Positions 12,472 to 26,055 of a stretch of 64,000 nucleotides of DNA are shown here, in pieces. The position numbers were made by a program, and so were the translations under genes. The stretch comes from the human T2T-CHM13v2.0 reference genome, Homo sapiens, in the NCBI RefSeq assembly GCF_009914755.1, contig NC_060930.1; one strand, 5' to 3'. The number at the start of each line of letters is the position of its first letter. Within the stretch, counting starts at the first letter, position 1. The notes below the pieces were generated by a model, which did no database searches, was not told the origin of the DNA, and saw nothing but the letters and a program-made list of their open reading frames with translations.

Positions 12472-15400
12472 TAATTGAGAGACCATTACATTGGTTCTGT
12501 ACTTTCTAAGTGTGTGAATTGAACATATTACCTAAATGTACTGGGCTTCAGTTTGTTCATAATTAATTTACTGGAATGTTGTAAAGTTCAAATAAACTAA
12601 CATATAACTTGTTTTAAAAATTACAAATGAATATATGCACCATTAATGTTTTATCAAGTCATCATTATACATTTCTTATTTGCAAATGGACTATTTTATA
12701 TAATGTTATGCAATACCCAATCATGATATCTAGCTTTCAAAAGATGCACTATTCTTATTTCTAACTATAATTGACGTCAGATGCTTAGTATGGAGAAGTG
12801 CTATCAAGCACTCATCCCCAACTTCTTTTTCTAGTGTTTTCTGAAAGTCAGGCTTTCAAAGTTGCTGGGATCTCTCATTAGCTGGCATTTCAACAATCCT
12901 AAGTATGCCCTTCAGGGTTGATTCATGTTGATCCAGGTACAAGAGGTGGTCATGTTTCAGGAGCAAGTTTCACATTTCTAATAGTGAAAATGCTCACAAA
13001 AGGCAATAAGAGCTTATAAAAACAATGACAGGTTCATGCACTCCAATAATTATACTCGGTTTTTACTTTGAAAGAAACCACAATGTCTAAGTAATTGAAT
13101 TTGCCAGCAATGTCTTTGAATCTGGAGTAGACAATTCTGGTAGGAGAACGTAAATGATGATTTAACTCTACTAGTGTTAAAAGCACCGCATTCTTAAATT
13201 ACTTCTACTGAAACTGTATATCCTCTCCACAAAACATGCTAGGACATTCACTTGAAAACAAAAACTGAGAGATTTTAGACTAACGAAAAACCCGGTGTTT
13301 AGTTTTATACAGAAAAAAGTGTTTAAAGAGATAATCTAGTACAATAAAGGGTGGGGAAAATAACTTGCTGAAGGAGAGCGTCCAAAGAGCTATTTTGTCC
13401 TTCAAGAAAGAGGATGGCAAATACATAAATTAATTACACTTTGGCGATCCATGGGCATTAAATAACATATTTTAAATCTGCTTGCAACTACATTTAAAGC
13501 CTCCAAATGAGGACCAATTGTCTCAGCTTTTCTCCTTCTCTCCTTAGCTCTAGATTTGTCTGGAATTTGTGTGCTTGGATGGTTCAGGTATTAATTAGAA
13601 CTATAAAATGAAGTTTGACTATTATCTGTGTTAAGGTAAATTCAGCCATGTATCTCTAATGTTACCATTTATTGGTTATGTATAGCTAAGACCTTTTATA
13701 GATACTGTATTCTTTCTGGCATATTAGTCACCAGGTGTGACCATGCACGTGCTTCAGTAATCACATTGTCCTCAGATTCCTCTCATATATTTCAGAGGTG
13801 TTGTTAGGAGAGGTGTAATATCAGGTGATAAAAGTTAATGTTAACCTTGGAAGATAAGAAATTCTGAAGTAGTTTTCCAAAGAAAGGAATAAGAATCTGA
13901 ATATTGATGGACTTTATGAAAAAAAGTTAAATAAATATTAGAGTATTCGATTTGAGTTACCAGATCTTGCATTTGATATCAGTTATCTACGTTTTGAATT
14001 TATTTTTCATATAGATGGCATATATACCTAAATATGCTTTAATTTTTGTGAGTAATATATAATTGCATATATAGCTGATATCATCTCATAATTTGTAACA
14101 AACGTTCTTTTGTTATTACCAATCATTTATTCTTATTTATTCAAAAAAATCCTCAAAATTAGAGAGTGTTGAAGTTAAGAAACATTAATATTGATATCAA
14201 ATAAAGATTTTATACTCCAACGATATAACTATTTTAATCCTTTTTCTGCTGTGTTATGAATCTATTCTGCTAGGTAATTGTATGACCTATTGGCAAAAAT
14301 GTATTCTAGGCTTACTTTCTGCTGTATTTAGATGCAGGGTTTAATCATTTTATGAGTAGACAATCACTTCTAAAACTTTTTATTGAGCTAATTTAAGACA
14401 TTACTTTTTATTTAAATTGTGTAATTTGATACAAAACAGTTCCTGTTTTCTGTTCACTAGGGAGGAAAACTAGTAAGGAATACAAGATAGAACTCAAACT
14501 GAGATATGGAACTTAAAAAGAAAAAATTCAAACATTCTTAAATGAAGGCACAAATTTCAATCCAATTCACTAAATGGCCTCATGAGCTTTGAAACAGTCA
14601 TCTCATATTAGTTAAGAGAGTGAAGGAGTACTATGGGAAGACTCTTGAATATGCAAATTAACCAGTATTAATTAGCTCCAGCAGCCATATATTTTAAGTT
14701 TAAGTGTTAGAAGTTAGCTAAGGCAGTAAGATCAAATTAGGTCTCAGTAATTTACATTTTTATAGTTCTTCCTAAAGCAATCTGGGATTGACTGTTATTG
14801 CCAAGAGAGGGCATCAACTACTAGGTAAAATGCACTGTACTCTAGGCAGTTCGTTTAAGTATGATTCCATGTCGATTCTCAAGATTTCTGCTTAAACTGG
14901 TAATATTTTAATAAGACATACTCTTCTATGTTGTTAAACTATGGTAAATAGGATCTCTGAAATCGAGTGACATTTAAGAGATGACAATAGTAATTCCTGT
15001 TCTTTGGAATTTGTTCACTTTCTCTGTTTTCATTTTCATCCTTGCTGTCCTCATAAGGCACAAACCACAATCTCCTTACAAGCATTTTGTTCAGCCTCAA
15101 CATTAAAGCAAACAGTCAGGACTGAAACAGGCTAACATGTTTCCTTTTATTTATTTTTTAGCCATGTTGCTCAAAAGTTCATAGCAAGTCACACTCAGTC
15201 ATCTCTGATGTAATTTTATCCTATACGTAGAATGTTTAAAATCACTGAAAATGGTATTTTACTGAGGAAGGTGAGAAATTCTGCCTGGCTCAGTCCAGCT
15301 GCATGATTGTAGACTGCTCATTTTCCCCTACAGAATCCTGCCCATTCTACAGGGGCAATTATCAGCAATTACCTATCTTAAAGAGATAATGTTAAGAGGT

Positions 15401-17149
15401 TGCACTGCTCTGTTCTAGATAGACAGTTTCCAGGAAGGTAAGTTCCGGGTGGAGATTTCAAAGAGTGGAGGTTCTTAAGCTGTGTATTGAGAAGGTTTAT
15501 TTCATTTCACATATTTTCAGTATATACTATAAAGTGGACTTCTTACTTCCAAGGCCCCTAAAGTGTAGCATCATTTCCCCCACATTCGGTCTAATTTACT
15601 ACTGATGGGATAAGGATAAGCAACTAGATTTTGTAGCAGAGGACTGCACAGGATAAATATCCGTTGTCAAAAAGGTAATGGGGTCACCAGAACCACAATT
15701 TAAAAGTGATATGGAAGAAGAATTAGCAATGAGCTGTGACTTCAAGGCATTCTTTATTCAGATTGGGGATTATTCTATCCCATGTAATTTATTTTCAACA
15801 AGCACATCTGAAGCCATAAGACAGAGACCTTTGCTCCTCCTTCATGGCAAATCAGAGTTTTCAACATTGGATTATTGTTATTTTCCAAGAAGGAAGTGTT
15901 TTTAATGGTCCAGATTACCATTTCATCTAGGTCTGTCCTAGCGAGTACTGCTATCCTCCAACCTACAAAGGTAGGAAAGACTCTTGTAAACCTTCTAAGG
16001 AGTATCACAAAATTCACAGAGAACAGAGAGAACACAAATGAGGAAATCCATTATGATGGTGAAATGCAAAGAGTGAAAACTTTGCTTCTGTTGTCTGTTT
16101 TGGTAATCAGGAGTAGAAGGCATCATTGCCTAAATACAATCAGATTAAAATTAGTCATTTATTGGCTACTCTAAAGCCAGTTGCAGTAGTCTAGTCCCAG
16201 TTACTAACTCTAAATTAAAATAAGCTAACGGTTTTTGCTTAATCATAATGAGAACCTTCTTGACATTTCACTGTGAAAGGTAATCCAATAATGTCTCTTA
16301 AGAATTATTTTTGTGCAAGTATTATATCTGAACGTTAGCAAGTTATTGAATTATGAAAGAAGCATTGACTATGATTTAGGAGATGTGACTCTGAGTACCA
16401 GTCTCATAATTCAGTTATACCATTAAGTCCTAAATATGCATTACTTTTTGGAGCAAATATCTTCATATTGTACTCCAAAAAGCAGAAGCTTTTGGATAGG
16501 AACAATCACTCTTTATGTAAGCAAAGAATGTCCTAAGAATTTTAATTATTAACTTGCATTTAACATAGTTTGCCTGTCAATAGACAGAACTGCTTATAAA
16601 GCAGGTGGAAATTTTCTAAAATAAAATAAACAGGAAGATAATCCATCTGTCAGAACCCAGTTACTTCATTTATTAAAAAAAAATGAGTCAATTCCTAAAT
16701 ATTTTCCCTTTGCTAATATAAGACTCTAAGACATAGGTGTGTCTTTAAAAAAACAAGGCTTTTTAAAATTTGAATAAGAAACACTACCACCACTAGTGTG
16801 GGTGCCTATCATATTCCTACAGAAGTGACTAAATTCAAGGATATGAAAGTAAACTCCTGGTCAAAATTTTCCAGAACTCATCATTATTATTAATGTTGGG
16901 TAGCAAATAAATATTGAATTTTTATTTTTTTATTCAGCATTAACATCACATGTCATGAGTTCCACTATTGATTTTAAAAATTCATCTAACTGAAGACTCA
17001 ACTGAAACTAAAGACAATTCTTAAAAATAGATAAGAACAAAGTTAACAATGTGGCATAAAAATGGTCTAAAAATAAAAACAAAAAAGTTCAGGAAAGAAA
17101 AAATGGATAAAAATAATCATAGGAAAATGGCAATTAATTCCATACAACA

Positions 17150-17680
17150 TTATTGTTTTGATCTTTTGGGATAGTGAACAGTTCTATAATATTTAGTGTT
17201 GTAAAGCCTATCACAAACAATACCACATATTCCATAAATTATAAATCAATTATTGTTTGAAGTCAATTTTCAATATCCATCAAAGCCTTTGATCCCATAA
17301 TTAACCTGTACTCAAAGATACATGACCACCAGATTAATTATATCCAAGTTTGTAATAGTAAAAATTGTGTATAAATCAAATTTCCCTCAATAAGGAATAA
17401 CATAAATATGGTATCTATACAAGGGAATACTGAGCAATAATTTTAAAGGCATGTATACAGACAAGAAATGTCATAAATATTAGAATACGTATGACACAAA
17501 TATTAAGAACAAAAGTTTACAACTATAGTAATTTTTAATAACAGGTAAATATATGAATATAAAACAATATAAAAGTATATAAACATATACATGTAATTGA
17601 AAATCCATAATTGAAAGTTTATAATAAAAACAAACATGTTAACAATGTTTATATATGAAAAAGAAAGTAAAGTAGATGCA
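17150..17680 (+). mobile_element. Highly diverged L1ME-type 3' fragment
   Basis: TTTGATCCCATAATT, TTTGTAATAGTAAAAA..AATCAAATTTCCCTCAATAAGG and GGAATACTGAGCAATAA resemble an L1M 3' end. Confidence 0.5.
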
Positions 17681-18829
17681 CGGCTATAGTGAAGGCTGAC
17701 CTGGTTTTATATTTTCTATACAGTTTGGCATTTTCAACAAATATGTACTTAGTTATAATTTGTGTAATCCAAAACACATTAAAAGTTAAAAAATGAACAC
17801 CATTTTTTAGGTTATAAATTATTTTTTGCATTGTTCATATGTACTCTTGTTTAACCTAGTAACATTAATGCTATGCAATATTACTACTGTAGATTTCACG
17901 CCATTATCTTAAATTTACAAATTACTTATAGTTTTAAATATACTTTATATCTTGATAGGAAAATATCTTTTTGAAAACATGGCTACTTAAATTAGAAGAC
18001 AGTATTATTTTTAACACTTTAAATGTCTTGATTTTATTTCATATGCTCTCAGAGAAAATAAATACACTAACTTCAAGAAAATCACTTTTCTGTATCAGAA
18101 CAACTTAACCTTTCTGTTCAATCACCCTGCAGTTGTGTGTTTATGTGTATATGTAAGAGGGCATGACTCTGTGTGTGCATAAAGAATAAAACTCAAGAAA
18201 AGCAAAGGACTCTGTTCTATAATATCCTTGAGCAACGTGACCCAAATTCAGACTCTCAACTCTCTTTAAAATTAGCCAGACTCTCAAGAGCAGGTTTGTC
18301 TAAATCTGGACAAATGAAGGCTTTAGGCCATTGACACACTGAAAATGTACTTATTTAATATCACTCAATGGAAGGTTTTTCTGCATTACAAATTAATTAG
18401 CAAATGCAGTTAATTTTTCAGAATCTATTTTTAAAACTTAATTAAATCTGTCTTTGTTTTCAGTATTGTTGTGTCTTTGGAAATAAAGTCATGGAAAGAT
18501 TAGTCTCTTGCGAAGATTATTATGAATATGAATAATTAGCTCCTCCATCATGCATTATACACATGTTAAACTTTTCCATAATTGAATTTTTAACCATTAC
18601 TGTAAATACTCTAATTTAATTTGCTATAAAGTGTCTTACTAAATAGCCCAAAGGTGTTGACTTTTATAGAAGTGAATCAGATGATTAAACTATGTTTTAG
18701 TTTAAAAGAAGAAACAAAAACATCATGATTTTTTTCTTTTTTTGCTTTTTGATGCTTTTTATTTGTATGTCAATTCAAACTTTTGGAAAAATTGTAAGAT
18801 TACAATAAGAAAACTCTAAATAATACTCT

Positions 18830-20280
18830 CTTTTCCTCTCATATTTTGGGATTAAAATTGCACATACTTTTGATGGCTTGATGTTGCATCATAGGTCACT
18901 GAGGCTCTGTTCACTTTTTAAAAACTTTTTTTTTCTCTGTTTTTCAAGTAGGTTAATTTCTATTGCCCTATCTCAAAGATCACTTACCAGTTTGTGTTGC
19001 CATTGCCAATCTGCTTTTAAGGCGATGGAGTTGTCTTTTCATTTATCATACTTTACTCTTTAGTTTTACTTTTTTAAAAAATGGTTTACATTTCTCTGCT
19101 GAGATATCCCAATCTTTTCATTCTTTATAATAATATTTACCTTTAAGTTCAAACCTTTTTATAATATTTGCTTTGAAGTCTCATTTCCTAATTTCAACAC
19201 TTGGGTAATGTCAGGTTTGATTATCATTGACCGCTTATTCTCTTATCTAAGGATCACATTTCCCTTCTATTTATGTATTTAATGTGTTTGTGTTTTACTT
19301 TCTTGTGAGGTGGGTATACTAGGCACTGTGAATAAGGCGCTATTGACTCTGAGGTCTGTTAGCTTCTTTTAAAGAATGATGAGTTTTTTGGTTTTTGTTT
19401 GTTTGTTGTTTGTTTTTGAGATGGAGTCTCAGTCTGTTGCCCAGGCTGGAGTGCAGTGGCACATCTCGGCTCACTTCAACCTCCGCCTCCTGGGTTCAAG
19501 CAATTCTCCTGCCTCTGCCTCCTGAGTAGCTGGGATTACAGGCGCACACCACCACTCCCAGCTAATTTTTGTATTTTTAGTAGAGACGGGGTTTCACCAT
19601 GTTGGCCAGGATGGTCTTGAACTCCTGACCTCGTGATTCACCCACCTCGGTCTCCCAAAGTGCTGGGATTACAGGCGTCAGCCACTGAGCCCAGGTGAAT
19701 GATGAGTTTTGTAGTATCAAATAGTTAACTTGGCTAGACTTTAAACTCTGCCTCTACTGCAGTGAGAAAGCAGTTAAAATCTCTGTTCAGTTCTTTCAAC
19801 CTTCTATCCACTGCTATCTGCAAGACACTTTGATAATCCTTTGTATGTGCACAGTTCATGAGAGAACCAAGGATGTAGGCAAAGTTTATGTGCAGATTTG
19901 GGGGCTATTCTCTCTGTTGTTGCCTTTCCTTAATTTCCCCGTGAAGTTGTAATTCTACTGGAAGACCTGAACTCTGGTCTAACTTCTCAATACAGCTGGA
20001 TTTGGACTTTCTGTTTGAGCTCAGGCTACTCCCTACTGTATGGACAGAAAAGCCACAAAAACTCAAATATTACCCAATGATAATCCCTCTTTCAAGGATC
20101 GTTTATCCTTCAGTTCTGCCTGCTTTAAGTGTATTCTGGTTCTATTAGTGGTTGTGTTTTTTGTTTGTTTTTGTTTTGTTTTGTTTTGATTTTCAGATTT
20201 TTCCAGAGTTTTTAATTGCTATCTATAAGAGGATTAGTTTCATATAAGCTTTTGATAATTGATATACCATTCTCAAGAGT
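18830..20280 (-). mobile_element. Old L1M 5'/ORF1 region remnant, interrupted by an Alu
   Basis: T-rich antisense L1 ORF1-like text (CATAGGTCACTGAGGCTCTGTTCACTTTTT...TAATTTCTATTG). Confidence 0.6.
19388..19696 (-). mobile_element. AluS (Sc/Sg-like) SINE
   Basis: Full antisense Alu with T/TTTG tail; 14-bp TSD GAATGATGAGTTTT at 19374-19387 and 19697-19710. Confidence 0.96.
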
Positions 20281-21360
20281 GAAATGAATTGTTATTAATT
20301 AATAGAAGTTGCTTTCAATTTATTTTGTGCAGGTATTGCAATTTGAAGCATTGAATACTTACTCTGTAAATATTTTGCAAAGCATTTTATCTCTGCATTT
20401 AAATTATAAATAATTAGACTTTAAACCCTTTCACTTCACAAAAGTAATAAAATAGAAGTGCAACATAGGAGTCATTTATTACAGTATTTAGCTTCAGAAC
20501 ATCAACATGAACTGTATGAGGTAAGCATTATTATTTGGATAACGAGTAATGGAGGGTCAAGAGTTTGGTACTTTGCCCAAGGTCAAAAACATGCTGGATT
20601 CTACCCTAAAATGATTAATTCAGGAATCCAGAGTAACTTAAACATGCTAAATTTTCTATTAAAAAAACAGATATTTCTTTTAGAAATATGACTATATTCA
20701 TTTTGATGAAACTATACCACAAAACTGAAATCTGATGGGAATTCCAACAAAAAGTTTTCATTGGCTAATAAAGAAGCAATACAGTTTTTTAAATTTAAAA
20801 TACTGTGGAAATCATAGAAATATTATTTGGCATTAAAATGAAAGACCAAAAATAAATTATCTCATTGGGCACAACTTTTATTCTTCTAAATTTGTCTAAA
20901 GCAGCCTGCAATTTAAGCCATCTCTTTTAATGCTTATCATATTGGTATGAAAATGAAGAAATTAATGATATAACTCATTATCAGCCAGTTCTTAGGCCAT
21001 TTTTTATCAAAATTTTCAAAATTAATCGTGACATTGAAAAAATTTCTGTTGGACTTTTAGACTGAATTCCTCTGTATTAGCAAATAGGAGGCTGGTTGCA
21101 AACAATCTCTAGATTTCCACACTTGCTTATGACAGGAAAATTTTAATCTAGTAATAATCGTAGTCACACACTCAATGATAAGCTTTTAGGAGGTCAGATT
21201 ATTATCTGTATCATATAAACTATCTGAGCAAATAAAATTCTTCATAAATTGGTTACATTTAATTTAGAGTGTCCACTTCCAAACTCTTTTACTATATTAG
21301 AGACCAGGGCTCAATAGAATAATCATTTACTAACTTTATCATTGGTTTTCTCTCCTGCAT

Positions 21361-21417
21361 TCTCTCTCTCTCTCTTTTCTATACACACACACACACGCAC
21401 ACACACACACACACACA
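21361..21417. repeat. Compound (TC)n-(AC)n microsatellite
   Basis: (TC)7 at 21361-21374, then an (AC)n run at 21383-21417 with one G interruption. Confidence 0.95.
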
Positions 21418-22505
21418 TCACAGTATCATACACAATATGTGAATTTAATTCTAGTATTATAAAGGAAATCAGAAGAGTGAGTGGATTAATTTTACCTGTA
21501 AATACTGCTAAGGTAACATTTAAATGAACTTTTACAAAGGAGGGGCTTTTTGATAGTCAGGGAAAGTATATATATTCTACAAAAAAAATATGAAAAATGA
21601 CATGAATTTATCAATGAACTATAAAAATTTGGAGCCACAAATCTTTGCCTAAATACAGAGTGTATGAAGCTGTCAAGGCAGGAACTAGTGCTGGGATACG
21701 ACCTGGGATAGCATTGTAAACAGCTTTGAAAGCTACATTAAAGTGGGCAGAAATTTTTTCCGGAGACTATGGGAAACCATCTCAGTATAGTTTTATTATT
21801 TTTTTCCAAAATGAAAAAAAGGATCATAGCTGGTTTTTCCAATTGCATAGATGATATTTACTTTTGGTTAATAAGTAAAATAATACCATAAAATATAAAT
21901 GAGAAATAAATGTTGTGTATACTCTCACTAGACAGAGGTAACAAATGCCAATAATTTGGTGAGTGCCTTCTATGTATGTTCCCACTTACAGAGTTTCTAT
22001 ATACCATAAAACAGTTTTTACAAACCTGTTTAAAACTTGTTAAATATGTAATAGATTTTACAGGCACGTTGTAAAAACAATTGAAGAAAAAAATAAGTCC
22101 CGAGGTATTATTCTGCCATTTTTCTTACTTCACCATCCAAAAATTACAAATATGATTCATACTCTCAGAAAAAGCTATGCATATACAAGGATATTTATAT
22201 AATTATGCTCCCCTTTTAAAATATATTATTGTAGCATATTATAAACATTGCAACATGTAACATTACACTACACTGTTTTTTCATTTAATAATTTACCCTG
22301 AAAAGTATTAGATATTAAAACACATGTTCCAAAGTACATAGAGAAAGTGAGAAGTAATATAAGCATATGAATTATTCATTTCTGCTTCTATTACTAATTT
22401 TCCCATTGATTTGTTGTTTCATTACATTATAAACAAAACATAATATTCTCACTATTTTTACTGTTGAATTAGCTGAGCACTTTTTGTCAAATACTGTGAC
22501 AAAAC

Positions 22506-22563
22506 TATGGGTGTTGGGAAAGTGTAAATTTTTTTATGGGTGTTGGGAAAGTGTAAATTTTTT
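22506..22563. repeat. Perfect 29-bp tandem duplication
   Basis: TATGGGTGTTGGGAAAGTGTAAATTTTTT at 22506-22534 and 22535-22563. Confidence 0.97.
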
Positions 22564-22961
22564 GCTCAATTGAGCTGTATCGATTAGATCAAAATAAGCA
22601 AGAAGGTAATTTAGGTCTTACTTATTTTTTTCCCCAATCCTAGGCTTAGAGTAGCCCATACTGATAAAATTTTCTTTATAATTGTAATTTTTTGTATGTA
22701 GATCATGACTATAAAATTTTCAATGTGGATCCAGTATTTACTTTACATAAAGTCCTTATTTTGTGTTTAACCAAAATTATGTATTACGTTGTATGAATAA
22801 CTGACCCCTAGAAAAACTTTTAATATTCAGCTTCCTTCCATGTCTTTGTCTACCCTTTTACTTTCAACCTTTCTGACTTCGTGTTTCCAGTCTGTAACGA
22901 AGAGTAGGATTTTGCTTGATTATCCCATGTGAGCATGTGTTTTTCTTTCAGTACATAAACA

Positions 22962-23252
22962 GGCCAGGCACAGTGACTCATGCCTGTGATTCCAGCACTT
23001 TGGGAGGCCGAGGCGGGAGGATAACTTGAACCCAGCAGTTCAAGACCAGCCTGGGCAACATAGCAAAACCTTTTCTCTACAAAAATTTTTTTCACAAAAA
23101 TAGTTGGATGTGGTGACATGCACCTATAGTCCCAGGAACCCAGGAGGCTAATGCCAGAGGATTGCTTAAGCCCAGGATGTTGAGCTTATAGTGAGCCATG
23201 ATCACGCCACTGCACTCCTGGGTGAGAGAGCAAGACCCTGTCTTAAAAAAAA
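22962..23252 (+). mobile_element. AluJ SINE
   Basis: Dimeric Alu with J-type GGAGGAT..TTGAACCCAG and CTGGGCAACATAG; diverged. Confidence 0.93.
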
Positions 23253-24222
23253 TAGACAAGCAAATCTCATTTATGGAGATGAAGTGAATGCTTGGTCTTA
23301 GTTTTTCCATCTTAATTTATGTTATTCTTTTCTAGCATTCATGTTTTATTTATTTCTCAATAAGGTCTGTGCTTCCTTTATTGTTTTTGTTTACTTGTGA
23401 TAATTTTAAAACTTTATACTCTTTTAAAGTCATTATGGTGGTTTATAACTATGATTTATTTAGTGAAATGAATTTATTTCTCTACCATTGCTTATTCATT
23501 TCCCTCTGCAAGGTTTACTGAGTTTATTATACATCGATTTTCTTCCACTTTTGTAACCTCCATTATTCCACATTATGTTGTTGATTGCATAATTCTTGTT
23601 TCTCTTCGAGGGTACCTTCTTACATTTATACACAGACATACCATTTGCTTGCTTTTCAAGATGTAAACAACACACATCTTTTCCCCAACACCCACATTTA
23701 CTTACGTGAAAACTACATCTTATCTGTAGATTTTCTTCCACTCTGCCACACAGTTGCAAAGATGGAAAATTTCATGTCACTTCTGCTTCCTTTACAATGT
23801 TTTCTATGAAATAAATGAGGAAAATTATAGCAGCAGTTGTCATCATTGAAATAAATCTGCTTTTCCAAGTAAGGGATCTTTGATTTTGCCCTTCAGGATG
23901 GCCCTATGTCTTTGAGAAGCCACTATCCCAAGATTTCTGCCTGAAATCACCAGCAGCAGGCATTCATCTCATCCTTGCTTTATCTTATATTACGAAGTGA
24001 AGTATATCTATATCTGGATATGTTTTTTTTCTTGCCATCAAGATAGATTTCTATTTATCATTCCTGTCATTCATTAGAGTCAGACAGGAAAAGAAGAAAT
24101 AGGTATCTTTATTACATCTCAAAGCCGCCAGAAATCCATTTAAGGGTTTAAGGTTGTGGGTTATCACAATCATGATTGTATTTTAGAAAGATAACCACAA
24201 ATATATAAAACCATTGCCATAT

Positions 24223-24530
24223 GTCAGGAGTGGTGGCTCACGCCTAGAATCCCAGCACTTTGGGAGGCTAAGAAGGCTGGATTACATGAGCTTAGGAGTT
24301 TGAGACCAGCATGAGCAAAATGGCAAAACCCTGTGTCTACAAAAAATACAAAAATTAGCCGGATATGATGGTGTGCATCTATGGTCTCAGCTACTGGGCA
24401 GGCTGAGGTGGGAGGATCACCTGAGTCTGGGAGATTGAGGCTACAGTGAGTTGAGATCATGCTACTGCACTGCAGCCTGTGTGACAGAGTGAGACCCTGA
24501 CTCAAAAAGTAAACAAACAAACCAAACCCA
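24223..24530 (+). mobile_element. AluJ SINE
   Basis: Diverged dimeric Alu with (AAAC)n tail, flanked by AAAACCATTGCC / AAAACCCATTGCC. Confidence 0.93.
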
Positions 24531-24733
24531 AAAAACCCATTGCCTACATACTAATTCGGTTGTGATTTTTACAACATCTACAAATATTTCAGATATCATT
24601 GACTTTATCTAAAGACTATTCTGTTATGAGATGCCTGATGAATCACAATATAATTTGTATATTTTATACAGTAAGTGATTTAAGTAATCCAAGCATGGCA
24701 GGAATCTAAAAGCCCATAAAATTGATTCCCGGG

Positions 24734-24743
24734 CAAGATGGCC
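24734..24743 (+). promoter_or_regulatory. YY1-binding motif of the L1 internal promoter
   Basis: CAAGATGGCC at the canonical position at the 5' end of the L1 5'UTR. Confidence 0.8.
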
Positions 24744-26055
24744 GAATAGGAACAACTCCGGTCTGCAGCTCCCAGGGAGACCAGCGCAGAAGGCAGGTGA
24801 TTTCTGCATTTCCAACTGAGGTACCTGGTTCATCTCATTGGAACTGGTTAGACAGTGGGTGCAGCACACAGAGTGCAAGCAGAAGCAGGGTGGGGTGTCG
24901 CCTCACCCAGGAAGTGCAAGGGGTCAGGAAACTCCTTCCCCTAGGCAAGGGAAGCCCCGAGGGACTTTGTCATGAGGGATGGTGCTATCCAGCCCAGATA
25001 CTATGCTTTTCCCATGGTATTCACAACCCACAGACCAGGAGATTCCCTTGGGTGCCTACACCAAGGGCCCTGGGTTTCAAGCACAAAACTGGGCCGTTGT
25101 TTGGGCAGACACTGAGCTAACTACAGGAGTTATTTTTTCATATCCCAGTGGCACCTGGAATGCCAGCAAGACAGAACTGTTCACTCCTCTGGAAAGGGGG
25201 CTGAAGCCAGGGAGCCAGGTGATCTTGCTTACTGGATCTCACCCCCACAGAGCCCAGCAAGCTAAAATCCACCGGCTTGAAATTCTTGCTGGCAGCACAG
25301 CAGTCTGAAGTCAACCTGGGACACTCCAGCTTGGTGGGGGGAGGCGCATCCGCCATTACTGAGGCTTGAGTAGGTGGTTTTCCGCTCACAGTGTAAACAA
25401 AGCCACCAGGAAGTTTGGACTGGGTAGAGGCCACCCGCAGCTCCGCAAAGGTGTTGTAGCCAGACTGCCTCTCTAGATTCCTCCTCTATTAGCAGGGCAT
25501 CTCTGAAAGTAAGGCAGCAGCCCCAGTCAGGAGCTTATAGACAAAACTCCCATCTCTCTGGGACAGAGCACCGGGGGGAAAGGACAGCTGTGGGCACAGC
25601 TTCAGCAGACTTAAACGTTCCTGCCTGTCAGCTCTGAAGAGAGCAGTTGATCTCCCAGAATAGCGCTCCGGGTCTGCCAAGAGACACACTGCCTCCTCAA
25701 GTGGGCCCCTGACCCCAGTGCCTCCTGAAGGGGAGACACCTCCCAGCAGGGGTTGACCGACACCTCATACAGGAGAGCTCCAGCTGGCATCTGGTGGGTG
25801 CCCCTCAGGGATGAAGCTTCCAGAGGAAGGAGCAGGCAGCAATCTTTGTTCTTCTGCAGCCTCCACTGGTGATACACAGCCAAACACAGTCTGGAGTGGA
25901 CCCCCAGCAAACTCTAGCAGACCTGCGGAAGAGGGGCCTGACTGTTAGAAGGAAAACTAACAAACAGAAAGTAATAGCATGAACATCCACAAAAAGGATG
26001 ACCACACAAAAACTCCATCTGAAGGTCACAGCAAAGACCAAGGGTAGGTAAATCC

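Noticed and set aside
15678-16174. Three overlapping ORFs of 75-99 aa in unique sequence
   Set aside because: No recognisable domain and no supporting splice structure; consistent with chance.
22850-24520. ORFs with [20 protein letters not shown]-type peptides (similar ORFs at 37871, 51666, 53675)
   Set aside because: Typical Alu-derived translations.
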